Source of the DNA: Selenomonadales bacterium
GTDB taxonomy: Bacteria > Bacillota > Clostridia > Christensenellales > QALW01
DNA length: 64,000 bases
Assembly (NCBI GenBank): GCA_003150515.1
Contig: QALW01000010.1
Span: forward strand, 15,894 to 79,893
Direction: 5' to 3'
Shown: one piece after another, positions 19,211-29,638 of the stretch
Layout: each line of letters starts with the position of its first letter
Position numbering within the stretch: position 1 is the stretch's first letter
Notes under the pieces: generated by a model
Databases searched by the model: none
What the model saw: the letters and a program-made list of their open reading frames with translations, nothing else
What the model was told of the DNA's origin: nothing
Position numbers and translations under genes: made by a program

Positions 19211-19903
19211 ATGCTTGAACAGCTTAAACAGAAAGTATATGAAGCGAATATGCTGCTGCCCCGATATGGCCTGGTCACGTTTACCTGGGGCAATGTTTCG
19301 GCCATAGAGCCGGAAGAGGGACTGGTGGTTATTAAGCCGTCGGGAGTGGAATATGAGAAAATGTCTCCGGAGGATATGGTAGTAATGAGCCTGGACGGCG
19401 CTCAGATTGAAGGCAGGCTGCGTCCCTCTTCGGATACTCCCACCCATCTGGAATTATACAGAAATTTCAGAGGTATAGGAGGGGTGGTGCATACCCATTC
19501 CCAATGGGCTACGATATGGGCTCAGGCAGGCCTGGATATTCCGGCATACGGCACTACGCACGGAGATTATTTTTACGGAGCGGTGCCCTGCACGCGGGAG
19601 ATGACGCCCGAAGAAATAGCCGGGGAATATGAGATCAATACGGGCAGGGTTATAGTGGAGACGTTTAATAAGGGAAATGATTGGGCGTCTATGCCCGGAG
19701 TGCTTGTGAGCAGCCACGGCCCTTTTACATGGGGCGGGGATTGCTTTGAAGCCGTTGAGAAAGCAGTGGTGCTGGAGCAGATTGCCATGATGGCTTATTA
19801 TACGCGGAGCCTGGGCAAATCCGAGCCTATGCGTCAGGAATTGCTGGATAAGCATTTTTTGCGCAAGCACGGTAAGAACGCCTATTACGGACAGCGGAAA
19901 TAA
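19211..19903 (+). CDS. L-ribulose-5-phosphate 4-epimerase (AraD/SgbE/UlaF family class II aldolase)
   Basis: 230 aa. [26 protein letters not shown] motifs. Confidence 0.9.
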   Translation: MLEQLKQKVYEANMLLPRYGLVTFTWGNVSAIEPEEGLVVIKPSGVEYEKMSPEDMVVMSLDGAQIEGRLRPSSDTPTHLELYRNFRGIGGVVHTHSQWATIWAQAGLDIPAYGTTHGDYFYGAVPCTREMTPEEIAGEYEINTGRVIVETFNKGNDWASMPGVLVSSHGPFTWGGDCFEAVEKAVVLEQIAMMAYYTRSLGKSEPMRQELLDKHFLRKHGKNAYYGQRK

Positions 19904-19917
19904 TTCGGCCTTTTAAT

Positions 19918-20102
19918 GGGGCCGGGAAATAAAATTCCAGCCAAGGGGGGCGGCGCGGAGCCCTTCGGGCCGAGCGGAGCCGCCGCGGCGGGCAAGGCAA
20001 GCCTTGCCCGCTCCGCGCCGGCTCCGCTTTATTTCGGCGCGCCCGAAGGGGCGCCGAAATTCCGCGCCGCCCCCCTTGGCTGGAATTTTATTTCCCGGCC
20101 CC
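19918..20102. repeat. NP7: 42-bp perfect outer stem enclosing three inner hairpins (185 bp)
   Basis: Arms 19918-19959 and 20061-20102 are exact reverse complements. Inner structures include gcgggcaaggc aa gccttgcccgc. Lies between convergent genes. Confidence 0.9.
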
Positions 20103-20135
20103 GCTTATATAATTGCGCCTTAAAAAAAGCCGGGC

Positions 20136-20696
20136 CTATTTTATATGCCGGCGGAACAGCGGATGTATTAAATCCAGATGCAGCTCGTAAAACCTGGCGA
20201 GGTGCCCCCAGGTTTCCTTATTAAGCTCCCCGCAGATTTCAGTATTGCTTTTAGCCTGCAGCGTTTTCAGGGCCGTGACCGTTTTTTCATCCATTACGCC
20301 CGTTATATCCACGTCCGAAAGGTTATGGTAAAGCTCGGAGAGATTTTTCAGCATAATCTGCGCGGCATAGACCGCGTCCCCCCGCTCGCCCGCCGAAAAA
20401 GCGCCCAGCCTGGGGAAAAAGGAGGCGGAAGGGGCCTTGGCTTTTCTGATTTGGTTGGCGTTCATTTCGGAAACTATGGCGTTCCACGTCTGAGTGTTTA
20501 CTACCCCCGTCACGGGCATTCCCATAAGCCGCTGGAATTCTTCCACCGCCTGCTGAGTGCGGACGCCGAAAATTCCGTCGCTTACCAAAAAGGGAATGGT
20601 AACATAAGTATGGCTCAGCCTGCGCAGAAAGGACTGCAAATCGCTGACGGCTCTTTGTTGTTCAGATTCTTTAAGCTGTGCCTGATTGTTCTCCAT
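20136..20696 (-). CDS. peptidoglycan-binding domain protein
   Basis: PG_binding_1-type repeats (DGIFGVRTQQAVEEFQRLMGMPVTGVV). Confidence 0.7.
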   Translation of the reverse strand: MENNQAQLKESEQQRAVSDLQSFLRRLSHTYVTIPFLVSDGIFGVRTQQAVEEFQRLMGMPVTGVVNTQTWNAIVSEMNANQIRKAKAPSASFFPRLGAFSAGERGDAVYAAQIMLKNLSELYHNLSDVDITGVMDEKTVTALKTLQAKSNTEICGELNKETWGHLARFYELHLDLIHPLFRRHIK

Positions 20697-22111
20697 TAGG
20701 CTCCCTCCCCCTGTTCGTTCAGTCTCAGGCTTATTCCCGGCGCCTGCTCCGTCTGTCTAAGGCCGCTGGCTGTTATGTCGGTATAAATTTCGGCAATCTT
20801 ATTCCAGGTTTCAGGCCCGACCACGCCGTCGGGAGTAAGGCCGAATAGATTCTGAAAGGCTATTACAGCGTCCCGGGTGTAAGTGTCAAATACGTCGTCT
20901 GGAATAAGATTAGGAATCTCGGGAAACACTGTGGAAATTTGCAGCAGATATACGTTAAGAGCCTCCACTTCCCGGCCCGTCATGCCCAGGCGGAGAGGGA
21001 ATCCGGGATAGGGCGCCGCTTCAAAGCCTCCGTATGAACGGGGAATGGATAGAATTATCCCCACAAATTCATTATACAGGCTTTCAAAAACAGGCAGAGT
21101 GAGCACGCCCGTCTGGGGCAGATTTTTAAAGCGCTGAAAGGATATAAGAGAGTTTTGAGTGGCCTGGTCGAAAATTCCGTTCAGGGGCGCGGGCTGGATG
21201 GCCTGTATAAATTCGGACAGCGTATTGAGAAAGTATTGCATTACTCTTACGTCGTTTCCCGCGTTGCCCAGAGAAAGCTCTCTTTTGAATTGCTGCGATT
21301 CGCCTGAAAAGGACAGCCCTATTGAATCCAATTCGGCAAGGCGCAGCACGTTGGCCGTGATAAAATTCAGCCTGTACCAGGTGGCCTTGCCCACTATGCC
21401 GTCTGGCGTGAGCTCGAAAATTTCCTGGAATTTTTTAACCGCGTCCTGCGTCTTTTCTCCGAATATGCCGTCTACTATCACCCTGTTTATGCCGGGATAG
21501 TTATTGCTTACGGTGTTTAACCGCCGCTGAATAAGGATGACGTTGTCTCCCTGGTCGCCCAGCCTGAAGGCCGTGCCCGGATAGGAGGGAATATCCCGGT
21601 ATATGGGCGCGTTATATACAATCTCTAAATTATCTCCGAAATAATATGTAAGTATCTGATAGGGCGTATAGCCCCTGTTGGCCAAATCTACCGTTCCCCA
21701 TTGGGAAAGGCCGGCGCAGGTTACGGATACGCCGTTGCAGTATTGCGCGAAAAAGGGCTGAAGCTGGCCCGGCCGGCGCAGATAGTTATTGAATATTTCG
21801 TCTACAATCCTGTTGATATTTTCAAAAGTATCCCGTCCCTCCACGAAAAACTGGTCGAAGGCGGTAGAGCTTGTTATATCAAAATCATAGCCCTGGCTGG
21901 GATACCATTCGGTATAAATCCTGTTCAGGGCAAAGGAAATCTGGCAGTAAATATTAGCTCTTATGGCCGATTCGGGCCATGTCGGATATATTTCGCTGGA
22001 AGCTACGTTTTTTATGTAGTCGGGAAAGCTGACGGTGACATTGCGGGCTTCCCTGTCCGGCCGTCCGAGATGGACTGTTATATCCACGGGAACATAGGGC
22101 ACTATGGGCAT
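20696..22111 (-). CDS. peptidoglycan-binding protein with three PG_binding_1-type repeats (SleC/cortex-lytic-enzyme-like)
   Basis: Repeats DGIFGEKTQDAVKKFQ, NGIFDQATQNSLISFQ and DDVFDTYTRDAVIAFQ. Conserved N-terminal YPTWPESAIRANIYCQISFALNR domain. Confidence 0.7.
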   Translation of the reverse strand: MPIVPYVPVDITVHLGRPDREARNVTVSFPDYIKNVASSEIYPTWPESAIRANIYCQISFALNRIYTEWYPSQGYDFDITSSTAFDQFFVEGRDTFENINRIVDEIFNNYLRRPGQLQPFFAQYCNGVSVTCAGLSQWGTVDLANRGYTPYQILTYYFGDNLEIVYNAPIYRDIPSYPGTAFRLGDQGDNVILIQRRLNTVSNNYPGINRVIVDGIFGEKTQDAVKKFQEIFELTPDGIVGKATWYRLNFITANVLRLAELDSIGLSFSGESQQFKRELSLGNAGNDVRVMQYFLNTLSEFIQAIQPAPLNGIFDQATQNSLISFQRFKNLPQTGVLTLPVFESLYNEFVGIILSIPRSYGGFEAAPYPGFPLRLGMTGREVEALNVYLLQISTVFPEIPNLIPDDVFDTYTRDAVIAFQNLFGLTPDGVVGPETWNKIAEIYTDITASGLRQTEQAPGISLRLNEQGEGA

Positions 22112-22116
22112 ACTTA

Positions 22117-22641
22117 TTATTCAGCTCCTTCCTCATATAGGCTGTGCGGACTGGCGTCATAGATTATGGTAAGCCTTTCGTTGCGCTGGCTTTCGGGCAG
22201 GGGGATTAAAAATACGTTTTGCAGGGACGTGATTCCCGAAAATATCTGCACGTTTTTATATATGTTCGTATAATAGCCAGGGAAATAAACAGTGGCGTCG
22301 CAGGTGGAATAGGGACGCGCGTCTTCGCTGGGATCCTGGGAGAGCTCGGCGGACGGGGCCTTTATGCTCATTGTGATGCTCTTCCCTTCCGCGTCTGTGG
22401 TCAGATTATAGAGCAGGTCGTCGCCTATGGAAATAACTATTGAGGCTCCGACAATAGGTATGGCGCCCTGGGCGGTAGATACCTGGAGCAAAAGATATCC
22501 CGTTTGTTCTTCCATCGCCCGGGGGGCCGCGGCCGTCTGAGTCAATGCCTGCGCGGCTGCTTCAGGCTGCTGTTCGAGCGTTTGCTGCGCGTCTGCCTGC
22601 CGCTTTAACGGGTAATATTGAGGTCTTCCCCTAAATCGCAA
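22117..22641 (-). CDS. hypothetical protein, carboxypeptidase-regulatory-like beta-sandwich (tentative)
   Basis: First gene of a three-gene operon with the PG-binding proteins. Alternative (TTG) start. Confidence 0.5.
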   Translation of the reverse strand: MRFRGRPQYYPLKRQADAQQTLEQQPEAAAQALTQTAAAPRAMEEQTGYLLLQVSTAQGAIPIVGASIVISIGDDLLYNLTTDAEGKSITMSIKAPSAELSQDPSEDARPYSTCDATVYFPGYYTNIYKNVQIFSGITSLQNVFLIPLPESQRNERLTIIYDASPHSLYEEGAE

Positions 22642-22763
22642 ATATCATCACCTCTTAAAAATAATAATAAACCTTTGCCGCTGGTATTTATATATGCGCG
22701 GACCGGCGTGAGGGTGCCCGTCTCAGCTTATTATTTTTAATACTGCGCGCTGCCGCTGCGGGC

Positions 22764-22792
22764 TTGACTTGTATTCAGGGGGGAAGTATAAT
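22764..22792 (+). promoter_or_regulatory. sigma-A promoter of tgt
   Basis: TTGACT, 17 nt, TATAAT. Confidence 0.7.
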
Positions 22793-22835
22793 AAAAAAGC
22801 GTTTTGCGCAAATTTTATTTTACGGAATGGATTAA

Positions 22836-23960
<1,125 letters not shown>

Positions 23961-24028
23961 TTTTAGTTGCGTAAAAGCTTAAAATCAATTATTATTATTT
24001 TAATATACTGAAAGGTGAGGTAAGGAAT

Positions 24029-24385
24029 ATGTTCGGGTTGCTTACATCGGGTACTGCCGCGAGCCCGTATCAGGGGCTTATAACAATGGTAGTTATAATG
24101 GCGATTTTTATCGCGCTTATGTGGTTCAGCGGGAGAAAGCAGAGAAAGTATAACAAGATGATGGCTGAGCGCCGCAAGAATCTGAAAACGGGCGACCGCG
24201 TCATGATGAGCTGCGGCATTTACGGCACGGTAAGCGAAGTGGGAGACGACGTAGTTACAATCGAAATTGGTTCGTCCAAGACTCCGCTGGTATTTAATAC
24301 TCAGTATGTCGCCGTAGTAGAATATGATGACGACGCTGAGGATTTAAGCAAAAAGGAAGCTGAAATGAATTCGGACAAGCAGTAA
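24029..24385 (+). CDS. yajC: preprotein translocase subunit YajC
   Basis: Single TM helix followed by the KGDRVMMSCGIYGTV motif. Conserved tgt-yajC linkage. Confidence 0.85.
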   Translation: MFGLLTSGTAASPYQGLITMVVIMAIFIALMWFSGRKQRKYNKMMAERRKNLKTGDRVMMSCGIYGTVSEVGDDVVTIEIGSSKTPLVFNTQYVAVVEYDDDAEDLSKKEAEMNSDKQ

Positions 24386-24401
24386 TACTCTTTTTTTGCA
24401 T

Positions 24402-24434
24402 AAGGACGGTTGAAAAGCTGTCCTTTTATTTTGT
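24402..24434 (+). terminator. rho-independent terminator of yajC
   Basis: 8-bp stem aaggacgg/ctgtcctt (one G-U pair) followed by TTTTATTTT. Confidence 0.7.
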
Positions 24435-24464
24435 CCATTTTAATATTTAAGGAGCTGATTGAAG

Positions 24465-25589
24465 ATGAAACAGTTTTTTTGCTATGAGGAGCCGGATAAC
24501 GCGCAGAAAAAGTGTGATTTGGAAATTTTAGCCCGTCCGTTTTGGATGGGAAATATAATGTATAATGAATCGGTATGCTTTATAAATGTAGGCGGGCATA
24601 TACGAGGCAGGCTGCTGTTTAAGCCTGAACGGATAATAAGCCTCAAAAGCAATGATTTAAAGCAGGAATTTATTATGGGAGAAGATTGGCGCTGGGACGA
24701 GCTCACTCAGACTCTGGAGCTTTTGCCCGGCTCGCGCATTCCTTATTTCGAGCCGGCCGATTTAAGGGGAGAAGGCTTAACGCCCGTACCCGGCGCGCCT
24801 AATGGATTTGACCAATTAAAGCGCGCGCAAATAGGGCAGTGTCTTTATTGCGAGGGCCCTTTTTTCTGGGAAAAGGCGTTATATATCACTTATTCCTATG
24901 AGCCGCGGGAATGGAAGGAATATAATGAGAGCTATAAGCCTTCTTTGCTGCCTAAAACGCTTAAGCGGCTCACGGAGAAAGAGAAAATAAAATTTGTGGT
25001 TTACGGGGACAGTTCGCATACCGGAGCGGATACCAGCAGCTGGTATAACCGCGAGCCGTTCATGCCGTCTTATCCTGAATTAGTCAGGCAGGAGCTGCAA
25101 AGGCTTTACGGCGCCGATATAACTTTGGTTAATAATGCGGTAGGAGGTACTGCGAGCACTTGGGGAGTAGAGAATTTTAAGCAAAAAGTGCTGGATGAAA
25201 AGCCGGATCTCCTGCTTTTAGGCTTTGGCAATAACGACTGCGGAGCGGGTTTCAGCATAAAGGATATTATTGAGCGTCTGAAATATATGATAGATACCGT
25301 GCGCGAGAAATGCCCGGGCTGCGAAGTTATATTGATGGGGCCTATATTGGCCAATCATTTTTCTGGACATGTTACCTATACTCCCGATTTGGTTGCGCCC
25401 CAGAAAAATCTTGAGAGGGAGGGAGTTGCATACTGCGATATTTTTAAATGTTTAAGTTATATAGCGGCCTGCAAGGATCATGCGGCGATATGCGGCAATG
25501 GCGTAACCCATCCCAATGATTGGACTACAAGAGTATATTCGGCCAACACTTTGGCGCTGTTGGTGGATTACGACAGAAACGGCTATTGA
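24465..25589 (+). CDS. SGNH/GDSL-type hydrolase family protein
   Basis: VVYGDSSHTG (block I Ser), GFGNNDC (block III), THPND (block V). Confidence 0.7.
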   Translation: MKQFFCYEEPDNAQKKCDLEILARPFWMGNIMYNESVCFINVGGHIRGRLLFKPERIISLKSNDLKQEFIMGEDWRWDELTQTLELLPGSRIPYFEPADLRGEGLTPVPGAPNGFDQLKRAQIGQCLYCEGPFFWEKALYITYSYEPREWKEYNESYKPSLLPKTLKRLTEKEKIKFVVYGDSSHTGADTSSWYNREPFMPSYPELVRQELQRLYGADITLVNNAVGGTASTWGVENFKQKVLDEKPDLLLLGFGNNDCGAGFSIKDIIERLKYMIDTVREKCPGCEVILMGPILANHFSGHVTYTPDLVAPQKNLEREGVAYCDIFKCLSYIAACKDHAAICGNGVTHPNDWTTRVYSANTLALLVDYDRNGY

Positions 25590-25604
25590 ATATTTAACGC
25601 CTGA

Positions 25605-25865
25605 TGAGCGCTTGGCGGCGCATGCCCCAGCGAAGCTGGGGCATGCGCCGGGGCGCGGCGTCCGGCAAGCAAATGCTTGCCAAGGCCGAGCTTGCGCTCG
25701 GCCTTCGCGGCCCTGCGGGCCGCGGGACGCCGCGCCCCCCGGCACCTCGTGCCGGTTTGGCGTTTGCGGCCCGCAGGGCCGCCGTCCGGGGCTTTTAGCC
25801 CCGGACGGGCAGGCGCTCAGCGCCTGCCAAACGCCGAATCGGGCATGAGGCGCCAAGCGCCCTCA
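25605..25865. repeat. NP8: seamless series of hairpin, four-way junction, hairpin, four-way junction, closed by a long-range stem
   Basis: 25617-25649 hairpin; 25650-25738 outer stem plus three hairpins; 25739-25755 hairpin; 25756-25838 outer stem plus three hairpins. gcgcttggcg (25608) pairs with cgccaagcgc (25851). Confidence 0.9.
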
Positions 25866-25976
25866 AGGCGCTCAATATTCAAAGCTATTGCCAATCATTA
25901 AGCTGTTTTAAATTTCCGTAGTATGTGTTATAATTAAAATATAAAACAGTAAAGGATAATTTCAAGTCGTATACAA

Positions 25977-27344
25977 ATGAAAGCAAATAATTTTCAAAGC
26001 AGGCAGAAAAAAGCGTATCTTGTGTTTTTCTCATGCGCTGCCGCGCTCATTATAATTTTTGTGATAATATGTGCCAGTGCCTTTGGCAGAGGCGCGCCGG
26101 AAGCTGGAAAGACCTCCGTTTCCGGGGGGACGGCAACTCAGAACGGTTATATAACTTTCCCGCCTTCTCCGACTGCAACTTCCCATGCCCAGACGCAAGA
26201 AGCGCCCTCTGCTTCGGCAGAGCCGTCCCTATCTCCAACCATTACTACTCCCAGCGAGCCTATATATCCGGAGCAAAGCGCGCTGCTGCAATTTACCGGA
26301 GACGTTGTGCTGCATTCGGCTGTGCTTTCTGCCGCCGGGCAGTCGGGATATATCTTTGATGAATATTTTGACGGTATAAAAAAATATCTCACGGGGGATA
26401 TGGTGTTTGCTAATCTGGAGGGGGTTATAGAAGGCGGCGGAGATTATTCGGGTTATCCGCTGTTTAACTATCCCAAAAGCATAGCGGCCGCGCTGAAAAA
26501 TGCCGGCATTACCAATGTCATTACTGCTAACGACCGTGCGTTTGATAAGCTTGCCAGCGGCCTTGTTTCTACAAAACAGGCTTTGGCTGAGGCGGGATTG
26601 GACGCTATTGGAACATATGCAACCGCTCAGGAAGCTGAGCAGCCCTATATAAAAGAAGTCAACGGTATAAAGATAGGCGTTATAGCTTATTCAGACGGAA
26701 CTAACAATATGGACGTGCATATGCCTGAAGAATATTTGGCGTTTGCCATGAAGATGATAGATTGGAACGACGTTGATAAGACCGCCCAGAATATTAAGGA
26801 AGATATTGCCCAGTATAGAGCGGCAGGAGCTGAATTAATTGTGCTTTCCCTGCATTGGGGAACGGAATATACTTACACGCAGAGCAGCGAGCAGAGGCAG
26901 CTTGCTCAATTAGCGCTTGAATCGGGCGCAGACATCATAATGGGAACCCGTCCTCATATGGTGCAGCCTGTTACGGTTAAAAACGTGCAGGTGGAAGGAC
27001 GGGATAAAAAAGTGGCGGTTATGTATTCGCTGGGTAATTTTTTTGCTGACCAATACGACCTTAATCAGGATAGAACGCAAGCGGGTGCAATCGTTAACAT
27101 TAAGGTTTCGCGCAATGTATATACCAACCAAATAGAATTGGAAAGCGTTGAATATATTCCCACCTATATATATAAATATACATCGGATGAAAACAGTATT
27201 TCTTATGATGTTATAGCGCCTGATGAATATTCTGAGCCTCCGGAGTTTTTTGCCAGTCAGGAGGATTGGCAGAAATGCGTTAATGCCGCGAAGCTTGTAG
27301 AGCAGACCATAGGAAGCGCAGCTTCTAAAGCGGAATTTGGATAA
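25977..27344 (+). CDS. CapA family protein (PGA_cap metallophosphatase-like), membrane-anchored
   Basis: N-terminal TM helix, Ser/Thr/Pro-rich linker, then a CapA-type domain (FTGDV..., NLEG, LSLHWGTEY). Confidence 0.75.
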   Translation: MKANNFQSRQKKAYLVFFSCAAALIIIFVIICASAFGRGAPEAGKTSVSGGTATQNGYITFPPSPTATSHAQTQEAPSASAEPSLSPTITTPSEPIYPEQSALLQFTGDVVLHSAVLSAAGQSGYIFDEYFDGIKKYLTGDMVFANLEGVIEGGGDYSGYPLFNYPKSIAAALKNAGITNVITANDRAFDKLASGLVSTKQALAEAGLDAIGTYATAQEAEQPYIKEVNGIKIGVIAYSDGTNNMDVHMPEEYLAFAMKMIDWNDVDKTAQNIKEDIAQYRAAGAELIVLSLHWGTEYTYTQSSEQRQLAQLALESGADIIMGTRPHMVQPVTVKNVQVEGRDKKVAVMYSLGNFFADQYDLNQDRTQAGAIVNIKVSRNVYTNQIELESVEYIPTYIYKYTSDENSISYDVIAPDEYSEPPEFFASQEDWQKCVNAAKLVEQTIGSAASKAEFG

Positions 27345-27355
27345 AATAAAAGAGC

Positions 27356-27517
27356 AAAAGCCAATAAGCATTTATGTTTATGGCGCACGGCCCCGCTAAG
27401 CGGGGCCGTGCGCCGGGGCGCGATGCGCGGCAAGCGAAAGCTTGCCGCTGTTCGAGCCTGCGGCTCGGAACCGGCGGCTTGGCCGCCGGCATCGCGCCTA
27501 GGTGCTTATTGGCTTTT
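27356..27517. repeat. NP9: 15-bp outermost stem enclosing a 15-bp hairpin and a 10-bp stem that closes three hairpins
   Basis: aaaagccaataagca (27356-27370) pairs with tgcttattggctttt (27503-27517). Hairpin at 27382-27414; junction at 27417-27498. Fills the whole convergent intergenic gap. Confidence 0.9.
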
Positions 27518-27710
27518 AATCCTCCAGGAGCTCATCCTCTATGATTTCGCTCAGATGTACGGGATCTATTCCGTATTGATTGCATTTCTGAATGATTTTC
27601 TTTACTTTTTCCAGGCTGAATGAAACCAGCCTGCATTCCTCGCCGCATTTTATGCCGTACATAGTTCCGGCATTAGCAATGGATACTTCATACAGCTCGC
27701 ATTTGTACAT
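27516..27710 (-). CDS. small conserved hypothetical protein, paralogue D (64 aa)
   Basis: MYKCELYEV...YGIKCG...KCNQYGIDPVHLSEIIEDE. GGGAGGA RBS. Confidence 0.8.
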   Translation of the reverse strand: MYKCELYEVSIANAGTMYGIKCGEECRLVSFSLEKVKKIIQKCNQYGIDPVHLSEIIEDELLED

Positions 27711-27818
27711 TATTTATATTCCTCCCAAGCTTTACCCAAATAAAATGAGATCTTAACTTTTTGAAGCGCCCTGAAAGCGCATGTTTAGCGCAAAACTCAT
27801 TTAATTTAATGCAACTAT

Positions 27819-27861
27819 AATATATCATATATTGAAGTATTTTACAAGTATAATTTGGTAA
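27819..27861 (-). promoter_or_regulatory. promoter of paralogue D plus TTTACCAAA box
   Basis: In gene sense: TTGTAA, 17 nt, TGaTATATTATA. Box lies 7 nt upstream of the -35. Confidence 0.65.
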
Positions 27862-27984
27862 ATATTATGAGTTCATTACTCGAAATTCCACTTATTTTGC
27901 AAATCATAACCACGCCTATTCTCTTTTCCTGGTTTTATTTAATGGAGTATAAAAATACGTCCGGGCCGTATGGCTTTAAATATC

Positions 27985-28043
27985 AAACGGGGGCATGCCC
28001 GGTTAATATTATTTAATAATATTAACCGGGCATGCCCCCGTTT
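27985..28043. repeat. NP10: 59-bp perfect palindrome (29-bp arms, 1-nt centre)
   Basis: aaacgggggcatgcccggttaatattatt t aataatattaaccgggcatgcccccgttt. Lies 3' of the GDPD gene. Confidence 0.9.
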
Positions 28044-28099
28044 TGAGGCGTTAGTATTTTAATCTTTTATTGCCTTAGGCGCAGTCGTAATTAATGCTT

Positions 28100-28828
28100 T
28101 TATTCCAGTATGTTTGTGGTTATGAAATCAACGCCCATTTCTATAAGCTCGTCCGCGTCCGCCTTGTCGTCGCAGGTCCAGCAATTCACCTTTATACCGC
28201 GGGAATGAATCTGATTGACATTTTCTTTGCTCAGTCTTTTATAGTATATATCCAAATTCAATTTGTTCTGCACAAGCGTGTCAATCATCTCGGAGGTAAC
28301 TTCGTCTCCTGTCAGCAACTGTATATCGTTATTGGGCAAATACTTTCTGAGATTTACGCAATTTCCAAAATGGAAAGAAATAAATATTATATTTTCAATA
28401 TATCCGAGCGATTGAATTTCCTGAATTATTTTTTTTATGCATTCCTCCGGAAAAGCGTTTTTTAATTCCAAAACGCAAACCTTATCGTATTTCTTGCAGA
28501 TATTTATATAATCTGCTAAGAGAGGGATTCTTATATCCTGTCTGTTTGTCGTTTGGTCTAAATCGGGAAGCACCAGTCCGGAAACGGCCGCATAATCATT
28601 TTCCTCTACGTTAATGCTGGATTGCCCCAGGCTTACTCTGTCTGTTGTTTCGTCGTGTATAATAACAAATTTGCCGTCTTTGGTAATATGTACGTCCGTT
28701 TCAATTCCGAAATAGCTTCTGTTTCCGGCCGCTACAAAAGCAGGGCAGGTGTTTTCCCTTTCCAAGCCGCTCAGGCCGCGGTGCGCGATCATCTTCGCCT
28801 GTTTTGAATCAATTTTAATAGTATTCAA
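28100..28828 (-). CDS. glycerophosphodiester phosphodiesterase family protein
   Basis: IAHRGLSGLERENT, GIETDVHITKDG, IIHDETTDR motifs. Start tentatively at the TTG 8 nt after GGGGAGG (the ORF track extends to 28867). Confidence 0.8.
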   Translation of the reverse strand: MNTIKIDSKQAKMIAHRGLSGLERENTCPAFVAAGNRSYFGIETDVHITKDGKFVIIHDETTDRVSLGQSSINVEENDYAAVSGLVLPDLDQTTNRQDIRIPLLADYINICKKYDKVCVLELKNAFPEECIKKIIQEIQSLGYIENIIFISFHFGNCVNLRKYLPNNDIQLLTGDEVTSEMIDTLVQNKLNLDIYYKRLSKENVNQIHSRGIKVNCWTCDDKADADELIEMGVDFITTNILE

Positions 28829-29007
28829 TATAATTACCTCCCCGTAGTTAATATAATCAGAGTACAATAGCGCCCCAGAAATGCGGAATCTCCATTCTGA
28901 CGCTGTCCAAGCATATTGCAGTTGATATATAATATCTTAATTAGTATCCCCGAATTTGTCAATAGCTAAAGCGGCCGTGAGACTGCCGCATATATTAATT
29001 TTCAGAG

Positions 29008-29040
29008 ATAAAAAAGTAAAGCGGGCTCGAAGCCCGCTTT
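29008..29040 (-). terminator. rho-independent terminator (minus strand)
   Basis: 10-bp stem aaagcgggct cga agcccgcttt followed by a T-run on the minus strand. Confidence 0.6.
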
Positions 29041-29638
29041 AAAGCTATTGCGTTATTTTGTATTGCGCGCATTATATTTTCTCTTTTTTTCGGCGTGGAG
29101 AACCGCGGCCGGAACAAGCCGTAAAAGCCTGGAAAATGCTGTTTTTACCAGCAGAAATACGCATAGTGCCGTCAGCATAGGCGCTGGTTCTTCCGTCTCC
29201 TTTTCATGCGCGGCAGCAATTTCTGTTGAGGTTTCTCAGGAGTAGGAACAGTCATTTTTTCTGTTGCGAAAAGCTGATTGCCGCAACCAGCAAGCGCCGG
29301 CAGCAGAATAATCATCAGTCAAAAGTTTCTTTATAATGGCTCATACTCTTACAGATAAATGATATCGTGATTTATGATTTCCATTGCCTAGGAGCGTATG
29401 TTATTGCTCTGCATAGTCAAGCGAAGCAGATAAAATGGAAATTGAAGCAGCCCTAACAGAGAGCAAAAGAGAGTCGTCATTTACCGCTCATGATTAAATA
29501 TATTTTTATAGCATTTATTGCCAAAAGGCAATTTCAACAAACCAAAGTTGTTCTTGAAGGAACTTAACCTAAGATAAAACAGTTGTTTTTGAGTTTTTGA
29601 TTTTCAGCTTGCATTTTTGCAGTCTGCTATAAGATATT

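Noticed and set aside
25452-25901. Several overlapping ORF-track entries of 64-134 aa on both strands (for example 25452-25856 minus and 25516-25848 plus).
   Set aside because: They lie entirely in the NP8 palindrome cluster. Their Arg/Pro/Gly/Ala-rich translations mirror each other on the two strands, as expected from GC-rich inverted repeats. There is no RBS. Similar artefacts cover NP2, NP7, NP11 and NP13.
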